Shown here piece after piece: positions 25,141 through 35,127 of a DNA stretch of 36,048 bases. How positions within the stretch are numbered: position 1 is the first letter of the stretch; every line of letters begins with the position of its first letter. The stretch comes from Octopus bimaculoides (lineage: Eukaryota): assembly GCF_001194135.2 (NCBI RefSeq), contig NC_068990.1, positions 57,083,283 through 57,119,330 of the forward strand, read 5' to 3'. The position numbers and the translations under genes were made by a program. Under the pieces are notes generated by a model. It saw only the letters and a list, made by a program, of their open reading frames with translations. It did not search any database and was not told the origin of the DNA.

Positions 25141-25296
25141 TATATTTATCCTGTTATCCTCCATAAACCTGTTATATCATCATATCATCCTTGTATCAAC
25201 CTTATTTAAAGAGTAGTTCCACATGTGTACCCAGCCATGGAATATACCCTGTCCTAAGACACCATGTGGTAACCAAATAACCAAATAAGAACTCTT
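24620..25296. repeat. Long inverted repeat, arms 24620-24742 and 25150-25296
   Basis: agagttcttatttgg..ggtacacatgtggaacta..ctttaaataa..ggatgatatgatgatat..atggaggataacagg is the reverse complement of the right arm, apart from a ~25 bp insertion. Confidence 0.9.
24848..25098 (-). mobile_element. SINE type C inside the inverted-repeat spacer
   Basis: Reverse complement starts gtggaggcacgtggcttagtgg..gtttcgattcc and contains ttgctccagtccactcagctggcaaaaatgagt. Confidence 0.9.
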
Positions 25297-25472
25297 GGGT
25301 AAGTGTCTTTTACTGTTGTCTTATGACAACAAAAGTCTTGTACTTAGAAACTGTAAGAATCATATATATATGTGTATATATACACACATATACAGGGTAT
25401 TCATAAAGTCTCTCCACAGTGAATTCAGCCTAGGAAGTGCTCACATGGCAATAAAAAAGAAAAGAAATTTTT

Positions 25473-26199
25473 TGTATTGAAAATGAAGGACGACACTTTC
25501 AACACCTCTTATGAAGTTTTTTAAAGTCTTGTAAAGTCTAATATATTCTTTTGTAGTCTTATACCATTTTATGAATATTTATTTTCCTATAAAATACTTA
25601 CTGCGGAGAGACCCTTTGAACACCCTATATATGCCTGACTGGCCTTCATGCCGGTTGCACGTAAAAACACCCCCTACACTCTCGGAGTGGTTGGCGTTAG
25701 GAAGGGCATCCAGCTGTAAAAACTCTGCCAGATCAGATTGGAGGATGTTGCAGCCATCTGGTTCTCCAGTCCTCAGTCAAATCGTCCAACCCATGCTAGC
25801 ATGGAAAGTGGACATTAAATGATGATGGTGATGATGATATATACAGATATATGTGTGCATGTGTGTGTGTTTGTGTTTGTCCCTCATCACCACTTGGCTT
25901 CTGGGGTTGATTCATTTGATTAAAATTCTTCAAGATTATATCTTATGTAAACAAACATAAGCTTGTTTTTTGGGGTGTTGAAATGTATTGTAGAACAAGT
26001 AGAAAGATATACTTTTTCAACACGTAAATACTGAACAGTATATATAAAAGATAAAATATCTTTTTTTATGTATTGGAAATGAAGAACGACACTTTCAACA
26101 CCTCTTATAAAGTTTTTTAAAGTCTTGTAAAGTCTAATATATTCTTTTGTAGTCTTATGCCATTTTATGAATATTTATTTTGCAATAAAATACTTACTG
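25473..26199. repeat. 131-bp direct repeat (25473-25603 and 26069-26199)
   Basis: tgtattg.aaatgaag.acgacactttcaacacctcttat...aaaatacttactg is near-identical in both copies. Confidence 0.9.
25634..25838 (+). mobile_element. RTE-type 3' tail ending in (GAT)n
   Basis: ggagtggttggcgttaggaagggcatccagctgt..cccatgctagcatggaaagtggacattaaatgatgatg. Confidence 0.85.
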
Positions 26200-26398
26200 T
26201 TCCACAATGTAACCTCATGGATATTGTTGGAGATTTTTTCTTCTTCCGTCTTCCCTTCTTTGGACTTTCCTATGTTTCCCACGAAGAGCTCCACTCGAAA
26301 TGTCAAATTCTCTTTCTTTACTTTCCCGAATATCCAGTAACACAATATCTGTATCACGTCCTCGCGTTGTTGTTTTTTGTCGTTTTTCTTTTTTGAAC
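26200..26398 (+). mobile_element. Probable Penelope-like terminal repeat with decayed hammerhead core
   Basis: cccACGA-a-GAG-ctcca-CTC-GAAA at 26278-26300, consistent with a mutated CTGACGAaGAG..CTCGAAAC. Confidence 0.45.
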
Positions 26399-26506
26399 CT
26401 ACATATACATACATACATACATACATATACATATATATATATATGTATGTATGTATATATACATATATATATACATATATATATATATGTATGTATGTAT
26501 ATATAC

Positions 26507-26551
<45 letters not shown>

Positions 26552-27526
26552 NNNNNNNNNNNNNNNNNNNNNNNNNNNNNNNNNNNNNNNNNNNNNNNNN
26601 NNNNNNNNNNNNNNNNNNNNNNNNNNNNNNNNNNNNNNNNNNNNNNNNNNNNNNNNNNNNNNNNNNNNNNNNNNNNNNNNNNNNNNNNNNNNNNNNNNNN
26701 NNNNNNNNNNNNNNNNNNNNNNNNNNNNNNNNNNNNNNNNNNNNNNNNNNNNNNNNNNNNNNNNNNNNNNNNNNNNNNNNNNNNNNNNNNNNNNNNNNNN
26801 NNNNNNNNNNNNNNNNNNNNNNNNNNNNNNNNNNNNNNNNNNNNNNNNNNNNNNNNNNNNNNNNNNNNNNNNNNNNNNNNNNNNNNNNNNNNNNNNNNNN
26901 NNNNNNNNNNNNNNNNNNNNNNNNNNNNNNNNNNNNNNNNNNNNNNNNNNNNNNNNNNNNNNNNNNNNNNNNNNNNNNNNNNNNNNNNNNNNNNNNNNNN
27001 NNNNNNNNNNNNNNNNNNNNNNNNNNNNNNNNNNNNNNNNNNNNNNNNNNNNNNNNNNNNNNNNNNNNNNNNNNNNNNNNNNNNNNNNNNNNNNNNNNNN
27101 NNNNNNNNNNNNNNNNNNNNNNNNNNNNNNNNNNNNNNNNNNNNNNNNNNNNNNNNNNNNNNNNNNNNNNNNNNNNNNNNNNNNNNNNNNNNNNNNNNNN
27201 NNNNNNNNNNNNNNNNNNNNNNNNNNNNNNNNNNNNNNNNNNNNNNNNNNNNNNNNNNNNNNNNNNNNNNNNNNNNNNNNNNNNNNNNNNNNNNNNNNNN
27301 NNNNNNNNNNNNNNNNNNNNNNNNNNNNNNNNNNNNNNNNNNNNNNNNNNNNNNNNNNNNNNNNNNNNNNNNNNNNNNNNNNNNNNNNNNNNNNNNNNNN
27401 NNNNNNNNNNNNNNNNNNNNNNNNNNNNNNNNNNNNNNNNNNNNNNNNNNNNNNNNNNNNNNNNNNNNNNNNNNNNNNNNNNNNNNNNNNNNNNNNNNNN
27501 NNNNNNNNNNNNNNNNNNNNNNNNNN
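26552..27526. other. Assembly gap flanked by microsatellites
   Basis: N run. Confidence 1.
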
Positions 27527-27768
27527 TGTGTGCATGCACTTATGTGTGCATGCACTTATGTGTTCGTGCTTATATGTAAGTATGTGTGTCCATATGTGTG
27601 TTTGTAACAAATTCGTTTATATCAGATCAGATAGAGACTTTGGACTTGGTTTTGGTTTCCTTTCTGTTATATATATATATTTAAAAAAATTTTTATTTAT
27701 TTACGTTCACATTCCGCATCATATGTGTGAACAACACATGCAACCATGGGCAATTGTAAGGCGCTCAT

Positions 27769-27957
27769 CTACGTGTATTTGGTGTTCAAAATTGGTTGCG
27801 TTTCAGTTATGAGGACCGACTCCTGTATTTGTCGCAACGATGCGTCACTGGGGTATCTAGACAGGATTTCTATGTTAATTTGGTCCAGTACACCAACATG
27901 TTGTTCTTTGGCATGCTGGTAGAGCACTGAGGTTTGTTTTTGATTATTATAGAATAT
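27769..27957 (-). mobile_element. Penelope-like element GIY-YIG endonuclease C-terminal relic
   Basis: Open minus frame ..QTSVLYQHAKEQHVGVLDQINIEILSRYPSDASLRQIQESVLITETQPILNTKYT* fits the PLE pattern SxLxxHxxxxH..ILS..RQIxEAVxI..PxLN. Confidence 0.75.
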
Positions 27958-28037
27958 TTAGAAGAATTAGAATTAAAGAAAGAAAACAAGAAAAGGGAAG
28001 TAAGTTCCATATGACAGAATTTGGAGAAAAGAAACAA

Positions 28038-28057
28038 TGAGGGGGTGCTGAAAAGTT
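28038..28057 (+). mobile_element. Solo TIR fragment of the mariner-derived MITE family
   Basis: tgagggggtgctgaaaagtt matches the reverse complement of aacttttcagcgc at 28804-28816. Confidence 0.5.
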
Positions 28058-28617
28058 TGTAGTGAGACGTATTAGCACTATTTTATTGTGGCAGTATAGC
28101 ACAGTCATGTTACGCCCATTTCATCCATTTACTGCTGGCTGTGGAAGGATACATGTGGCAATTTCTGCCCAGTGGTGAAGCACATCAGTTTTCAATGGAA
28201 CATTGAGATGTAAACATCAGTTGCTGATTGAACGTCCAGATGATAAGACACGTTGCTGATTTAATGCCAATTAGTAAACATAATTTTTACTGCTGTGGGA
28301 TTGCTACCTTGCTTCACAACTAAACTATGCAACTCATCAAATATTTTGCACCAGTTACATCTTGCAGCTCTCAAGTACTGAATCTATCTACCTCAGATGT
28401 TATGGAAAAATTAACTTATGTCTCACACTACACTCTGACTTGAACACTTAATTATCTCATGATATGCTTTCTACTACCACATGCATGATTTACCATCAAG
28501 GAATTAATTGTTATGCTTATTAACGAAAAAATATTGACTTCAGATATTTATCTTTACATTCATGTAAAACATATGTTTGTACATTATTAGAAGCTTCCGC
28601 TCATGTACACAATTCAT

Positions 28618-28820
28618 GTACTTCCTAAAAGTTCCTGGTTTTAAGGGTAATGAAAAAAGCCTAGTTGGAGGCCCAGCCTTCAGAGTTTTTTTTATAGGGC
28701 TTAGAAAAACAGAAGTACTGCTGCAATAAGTGTAAGAGGGGATTATGCTGAATAAAATCATAATTAACAGATTCTCCTGTATTTTCTTTTACTCCAAGCC
28801 AGGAACTTTTCAGCGCTTTT
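28618..28820 (+). mobile_element. Mariner-derived MITE
   Basis: Perfect inverted AAAAGTTCCTGG (28627-28638) / CCAGGAACTTTT (28799-28810). The interior ..ctgcaataagtgt..gaggggattatgctgaataa resembles a mariner C-terminus (KC..GDYVE*). Confidence 0.75.
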
Positions 28821-29778
28821 TGTTTAAGAGTAGAAACTCTTCTTACAAGAGAAGACAAGTTTTGACTGATAGCTTAATCTTCATCTACTTTAGCTGTGTG
28901 TACATGGATGTTATTGTGTAACACTAGCCTTTTCTCTTCTCTCCCCACAATTCTTTACCACAGCATTCCTTCACCTTTTCTATTTCTCATTTGCAATTTC
29001 AACTAAACTATGACATTAAGACTTTGATATACAGTCTCTATAAAAAAGAATGGTGTGTAAAACATTTGATTTTTCGCTCTTCACATCCAATCAACTTCTG
29101 ATACTTATTTTTGCTTTACGAACATTTATTGATTAACTTTTACAAATGCAGACTGCCTTCACTTCATTTTCCTCAAACACCTGAGTTTACTCGATAGCAT
29201 AGTGGACAACCACTTGACAGAACAAGTTTGTATCCTACCATCAGAACCTTGTTGAGTTAGTTTGCTTTGAAATGGCCCAGTTCACAGTGTAAGTGACAAG
29301 AGTGTGAGAGTAACTGCTTGTTATATGAGGTGGCAATATTGTAAAATCAACAAGCATTTTATTAATCGGAAGTGCGAACTTCAAATCATTCTAAGTGCAT
29401 AACATGTAGTAGGAATGGCTCAACAAAAATTATTTGCTCTTGTTTTTCTACATGAAAAGGAATTTGCTTATGCAAACACAGTATGTATAAATGGCAAACT
29501 CAAGCGAAAATACGACCAGTATGGAGAACGCTTATCAAGTTATGCCAACATCATGAATAGTCATAGTCATAACAACTGATTATAGGATTGTGTGTATACA
29601 CATACACACACACAAAGGTAATTGTTTGGATTGGGGTATATGTCTAGTAGTGTGTTGATTAGAGCACTTTAACCATTTAGGCTATCTGATGTCATTTACA
29701 GTTATGATATAATTGTCACTAGACCTACATCAGGAATTCCACAGTGTTTGTTAAATTTATAATGAATGATGGAAATGG

Positions 29779-30043
29779 AAAATGGATTTAGCAAGGATCT
29801 TTATTCCATCCTATGCCTGTGTAGCCAACACACTACGGGAAACAACAACATGCCAAGCGAATCTCGGTATATGTAGTAACATATATTATTTACATCAGAC
29901 AACACCTGATGAAACAGCCTGCATTGATGGATGCAACACAACTAGATGCACTATATACTATATATATCCCACCTGTAAGAGACAGATGCAGGATCGGTTG
30001 AAACAATCGTTGTGCTGAAAAAAATTCTTGCTAAATCCATTTT
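29779..30043 (+). mobile_element. Small non-coding element with 19-bp terminal inverted repeats that contains a hammerhead
   Basis: aaaatggatttagcaagga (29779-29797) versus ttcttgctaaatccatttt (30025-30043), 18/19 inverted match. Confidence 0.7.
29900..30017 (+). ncRNA. Type I hammerhead ribozyme fold with long stem II
   Basis: CAACAC-CUGAUGA-AAC..CCUGCAU-[~60 nt]-AUGCAGG..GUU-GAA-ACAAUCGU-U^-GUGCUG. Stem I pairs 5 of 6, stem II has 3+7 bp, and stem III is one substitution from the palindrome ACGAUCGU. Confidence 0.7.
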
Positions 30044-30056
30044 GTTTCCCTCCTTC

Positions 30057-30058
<2 letters not shown>

Positions 30059-30122
<64 letters not shown>
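30059..30122. repeat. (AT)n/(GT)n microsatellite
   Basis: Direct reading. Confidence 0.95.
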
Positions 30123-30123
<1 letters not shown>

Positions 30124-32106
30124 ACACACAGAGATTAAAGACTAAATTTTAATATATAATAGAACTATAAGTAATTGAGCTGTAGGAATTATGTAGGAAA
30201 TGACCCAAAAGAGCACAGAAGATATTTCTAGTTGATAAGAATTTAGAAAGCTATTAGAAGTATATTTGAAATAATATTAGGGGTTAATGTGAGATGTTCA
30301 TTTGAAATATTTCTATGATGTAAATATACTTCAATTTTGTATTATTGCAGTGATTGTGCTACTTTTAATAACAATTTCTTAATTTGACACACAGTCTTTG
30401 GCTTTCAAAACAAAAAGTATGGAACACCACCAAATAATTCCTCTCCATTTCTCCATATAGTTTGCCAAAAGAAATGTCAGTCTCTCAGGGATCACCCATC
30501 TCCGAATTGTAGTTAAACTTTCCAGTAATGCCCGGAACTGAGAATCAAAATAAACTCCTGTGTTTGGCTTTTTCTGGGAGCTTGCTATCAGTTTGTGGAG
30601 CTTATACACTGGAATTATGGAAAGAATATAAGAGAAAATAATAAAAACACCATGTTAAGGCAGCAGTCTTGATCAGAGATCAAAACTGATTTGTTGGTTC
30701 AATCTGTCAGAAAGCTACTGATTTATAGTGCTTGTCACAAACATTGAAACAAAAATACAATGTTAGGTACTAAATCTATCTGCTACAGCATATCATTTCC
30801 CTTAATTTAATATTTATTATAAAACAAAATACTCTGTATTTATAGTTTAACTCATGTAAAAGTAACTGACTTAAAATCCATCAGATGTTTGCACCATTAT
30901 TTTTATGTTTAATTCACTTTGACAGAATGTTTTAGATGTGGCAGTTGTTGTTTTCTTCGTGATTTATTCCTCTCAACATACATTTACATGAAGGAACATT
31001 CATAGCAAGTCTTGGCTTATTACATTTCAAGTCAGAGATCAATAATTGAATCTACCCTTGCTTCTATGGTCCAAAAGGTTGTACACTCAACCCTTTCCAT
31101 GTAATACCACTTAAAAAGTAATATCACTACTCTAAATCTTCTTTACGGTAATCATGTAATAAGCTTCATCTCTCGCTATAACATGTAATGCATCTCTTTC
31201 TGAGAAAAATAATCCTTATATATTGTCAATGTCATTTTATTTAGACTCATGATAAATGGTTGGACGATCTAGTAGGAACTTTTCTGTCAGTTTATCAATT
31301 TGTTTCTAAAGAACACGGTTAGATATCGGCAGTGTGAGAAAAGAGAAGTTGTCAGCGCTGTTTATAATTCCTTTGTTGCTTTACAATGCAAAGCTTGAGT
31401 AACAGTTAATATTCACTGTTTTTATCATGTCATGTGTCAACTGAAAGCAGGTCACAACTCATCTAACATGATAGAGACAATCAGTTAAGCAGAGCTGCCA
31501 ATAAAACAATGTCAGACATGATAAATCTGAAGCTCACATTTGTCCAACAGATGCTTATCAATGCAAGAGATGTTTTAGCAGAAAACTATTTTGTCACTGT
31601 ATCCTAGGCTTCTCATTTATTTCCTTGTCTAATGGATTATGTTTGCTGGCACTTAGTACTGGCTATGTAAAGACTTAGTATTTCATCAGATAAACAACAA
31701 GTTGTATTTTACTACTGTAGCATAAATCAGAACCCTACTCTCAGGCTGTACTGCTATTAGTAGATTTGCAGATAGATTTTATTGCCAATGAAAGCAATTT
31801 GTAATATATGACATTTTGACTGAAGACTTTTCAGAATCATCCCTCAAACCGTATTTGTTGTTTTCAATGCCAGTAACAATTCTATTGCTGCAGAAGCTAA
31901 TTAACATTTCTTTAGCTTCTTGGCCATTTTAATTTTTTATCATGTTAAATGGAATAGTGGTTTTCAAACTGGCAAATATTAACCCCCTCCAGACCATTTC
32001 ACCAAAAACTAAGATAACAAGAAATGGAAATGGTTTGGGGGTGGGAAAAGGTAACCAAAAAGCAGGGGATACATACATATATACACATGTATACACACAC
32101 ACATGC

Positions 32107-32132
32107 ATAGATAGATAGATGACTAGATAGAC

Positions 32133-32163
<31 letters not shown>

Positions 32164-32164
32164 C

Positions 32165-32208
<44 letters not shown>

Positions 32209-32211
32209 GAC

Positions 32212-32264
<53 letters not shown>

Positions 32265-32293
32265 GACTAGATAGATAGATAGATAGATAGATA
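32107..32293. repeat. (GATA)n tetranucleotide array with recurring GATGACTA interruptions
   Basis: Direct reading. Confidence 0.95.
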
Positions 32294-32512
32294 AATTGCC
32301 TCCCCAGGTGGCACCTTTGGGTCTACTGTATAAGTCTGTATGAGGAGCAAAGGGTCACCAGATTCAAAGGCTGCCCAAGGTGGCACACACTCTAGTTACA
32401 CCAGTGCTTTTTATCTTCCAAATACAACATATAATTAGAAATATCTTTTGTGGTTTATTTTTTTCTGGTGTACAAAACTTGTTGCTAAAATATCATCTTG
32501 GAATATAAGAAT

Positions 32513-32953
32513 CATCATCATCATCATCATCGTTTAACATCCGCTTTCCATGCTAGCATGGGTTGGACGATTTGACTGAGGACTGGTGAAACCAGATGGC
32601 TACACCAGGCTCCAATTTGATTTGGCAGAGTTTCTACAGCTGGATGCCCTTCCTAATGCCAACCACTCCGAGAGCGTAGTGGGTGCTTTTACGTGCCACC
32701 GGCACGAAGGCCAGTCAGGTGGTACTGGCAACGGCCTCACTTAAAATGGTGTATTTGATGTGCCACCCACACAAAAGCCAGTCCAGGGGCACTGGCAATG
32801 ATCTCGCTTGAAAGTCCTTACACATGCCGCAGGCACAAGTGCCAGAAAGGCAATGCTGGGCACAGGTGCCATCACGATTTTGCTTTCGCTTGCCCCAACA
32901 GGTCTTCGCAAGCTGAGTTTTGTGTCCAATGAAGGAGACGACGTTGGCATGGG
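32513..32953 (-). mobile_element. 5'-truncated RTE-type insertion with (GAT)n tail and 33-bp TSD
   Basis: Reverse complement of the 25634-25838 tail. Flanked by identical tgttgctaaaatatcatcttggaatataagaat at 32480-32512 and 32954-32986. Confidence 0.9.
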
Positions 32954-33080
32954 TGTTGCTAAAATATCATCTTGGAATATAAGAATATAATGTCAAAGTA
33001 AATGCATGGAAAGTGAAAAGTTTTTTTTGGTTTTTTTTAATGAGATGTATGGATGTGGGAAAAAGAATAAAAGATAATGA

Positions 33081-33269
33081 TTTCAAATTTTGGGACAAGG
33101 TCAGCTATTTTGAGCCCTGTAATTGACTGGTATTTTTTTTTTTGTCAAACCTGAAGGGATGAAAAGCGAAGTCAACCTCAGCAGATTTTGAATTCAGAGC
33201 ATAAAGAGAGATGAAATGCTGCTAAGCATTTTGCCCAGCACAATAATGATTCTACCAGCTTGCTGCCTT
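33081..33269 (-). mobile_element. SINE type D with 20-bp TSD
   Basis: Type D motifs. Flanked by aaaagaat(a/g)aaagataatga at 33061-33080 and 33270-33289. Confidence 0.85.
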
Positions 33270-33524
33270 AAAAGAATGAAAGATAATGAGTATAAAAGAT
33301 GAGAGTACAAAAATGGGGAATTCTTCTGGAAATGAAACACTCTCTACTTAATGCAAGAATCCTTTTCTATTTATATACATATGTTTAATTGAAGATGAGT
33401 TCAGAGCTTTCATTCATAATTTTTTTGTCAAAAGTGAATACAGATAGGCAAAGCAATTTATGAGGAGCAAAAATAAATGAAAATCAATCAGGGATTTTGT
33501 TGAAAATGCAAGTGGGCTGTATAC

Positions 33525-33932
33525 TCTTTACTCTCTCTTTACTCTTTTACTTATTTCAGTCATTTGACTGTGGCCATGCTGGAGCACCACCTATAGTCGA
33601 GAAAATCGACCCCAGGACTTATTCTTTAGAAGCCTAGTACTTATTCTATTGGTCTCTTTTGCCGAACTGCTAAGTGACGGGACATAAACACACCAGCATC
33701 AGTTGTCAAGCAATGCTAGGGAGGACAAACATACACACACATAAATATATATATATATACATATATATACGACGGGCTTCTTTCAGTTTTCGTTTACCAA
33801 ATCCATTCACAAGGCTCTGGTCAGCCCGAGGCTATAGTAGAAGACACTTGCCCAAGATGTCACGCAGTGGGACTGAACCCGGAACCATGTGGTTGGTAAG
33901 CAAGCTACTTACCACACAGCCACTTCTGCGCC
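33525..33932 (-). mobile_element. SINE type A, best-preserved full-length copy
   Basis: Reverse complement ggcgcagaagtggctgtgtggtaagtagcttg..gggttcagtcccactgcg..tgactgaaataagtaaaagagtaaa. Confidence 0.95.
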
Positions 33933-34130
33933 TGAATATCCATTTTCAGCAACAAGATGCCAACTTAAATGAGTATCATTGCAAATGATTTTCGGTAGAA
34001 AAATAAACTACTCCTATGGAAGACATCCTTTTTACATGAACTACTGTGTTGTTTCTTAAATATTTCAAATGACAAAGAAAGCCAGTTTCTCCAGAAATGA
34101 TAATTAATATATTAAATTAGCTTTTTTACA

Positions 34131-34270
34131 TTCTGAGTTCAAATTCCACCAAGATCGACTTTGCCTTTCATCCTTTTGGGGTTGAAGAAACAATTACCAG
34201 ATGAGCACAGGGCTTGCTGAATTCGACTTACTCCTGCCCCAAACAGCTGGCATGTGCCAAAATTTGAAAC
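34131..34270 (+). mobile_element. SINE type D-related, 5' truncated, different 3' end
   Basis: ttctgagttcaaattccaccaagatcgactttgcctttcatcc..gtgccaaaatttgaaac. Confidence 0.8.
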
Positions 34271-34280
34271 TAATGTATTC

Positions 34281-34494
34281 TTTTCTACTCCAGGCACAAG
34301 CCTCAACATTTTGGGAGAGGGGGGGGCTGTCAATTAGACCAACCTCAGTATGCAACTGGTACTTAATTTATCGAACCTGAAAAGATGAAAGGCAAAGTCG
34401 ACCTCAGTGGAATTTGAACTCAGAATTGTAAAGACATGAAATACCGCTAAGCATTTTGCCTGGTGGGCTAACGTTTCTGCCAGCTCACTACCTT
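34281..34494 (-). mobile_element. SINE type D
   Basis: Type D motifs. Confidence 0.9.
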
Positions 34495-34510
34495 TGAAAC
34501 AAATATATTC

Positions 34511-34711
34511 TTTTCTACTCAAAGCACAACGCCTGAAATTTTGGGGGAGTGGGGGCAGTCGATTTGATCGACCCCACTATGCAACTGGTACATAATTTAT
34601 TAGCCCCGAAAGATGAAAGGCAAAGTCGACCTCAGCAGAATTTGAGCTCAGAACATAAAAACAGACAAAGCAACTCTGAGCATGCTAACGTTTCTGCCAG
34701 CTTGTTGCCTT
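34511..34711 (-). mobile_element. SINE type D
   Basis: Type D motifs. Confidence 0.9.
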
Positions 34712-35127
34712 TGAAACCAATATATTGAATCAACTGCAAAACAGGAAGTGTGCCTCTGAAGCAATGAAGTAATTGTTAGAACACTTTTGAAAGATAAAGT
34801 AAAAAATAAAAAACAAAACCTATCTATTCACTGGGTCTTAATTAACTTCAAAATATTCAGTTGGTTTGTTTACATCTCCAAAACTTAGTCTTGAAAAATA
34901 AGTTGTTGGGGCGATTTGTTTGATTAAGATTCTTCAATACAGTGCCCCAGTATTGCTGCAGTCCAATGACTGCAACATCTAAAAGACAAAAAAATAAATG
35001 TGCGTTTGTGTATATGTGTGTGTGTGTGTGCACATCATTTAGATTCAAAATTCAATGAATAAAAAGGTTTTTTAAATTAGAACACTTATTAGTTTTTTTT
35101 ATATCTGTGTGTGTGTGTGTGTGTTTA

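Noticed and set aside
26199-26398. Minus-strand open frame between a tag acceptor and a gtaagt donor
   Set aside because: The donor lies in the duplicated 131-bp unit, the acceptor is microsatellite-derived, and the body looks like the antisense of a repeat terminus.
15198-27812. Long ORFs of 170-450 aa in the ORF track
   Set aside because: They consist of N-gaps and YI/TH/CV microsatellite translations and are not genes.
27807-27930. Apparent plus-strand exon (YEDRLLYLSQRC..)
   Set aside because: The frame hits a stop before the candidate donor, and the opposite strand encodes a recognisable PLE GIY-YIG C-terminus.
31954-31970. hAT-like terminus tagtggttttcaaact
   Set aside because: No matching inverted end or 8-bp TSD was found nearby.
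32576-32596. CTGAGGA-ctggt-GAAAC within the RTE tail
   Set aside because: Stem II cannot form, and the local fold is a simple CTGG/CCAG hairpin.
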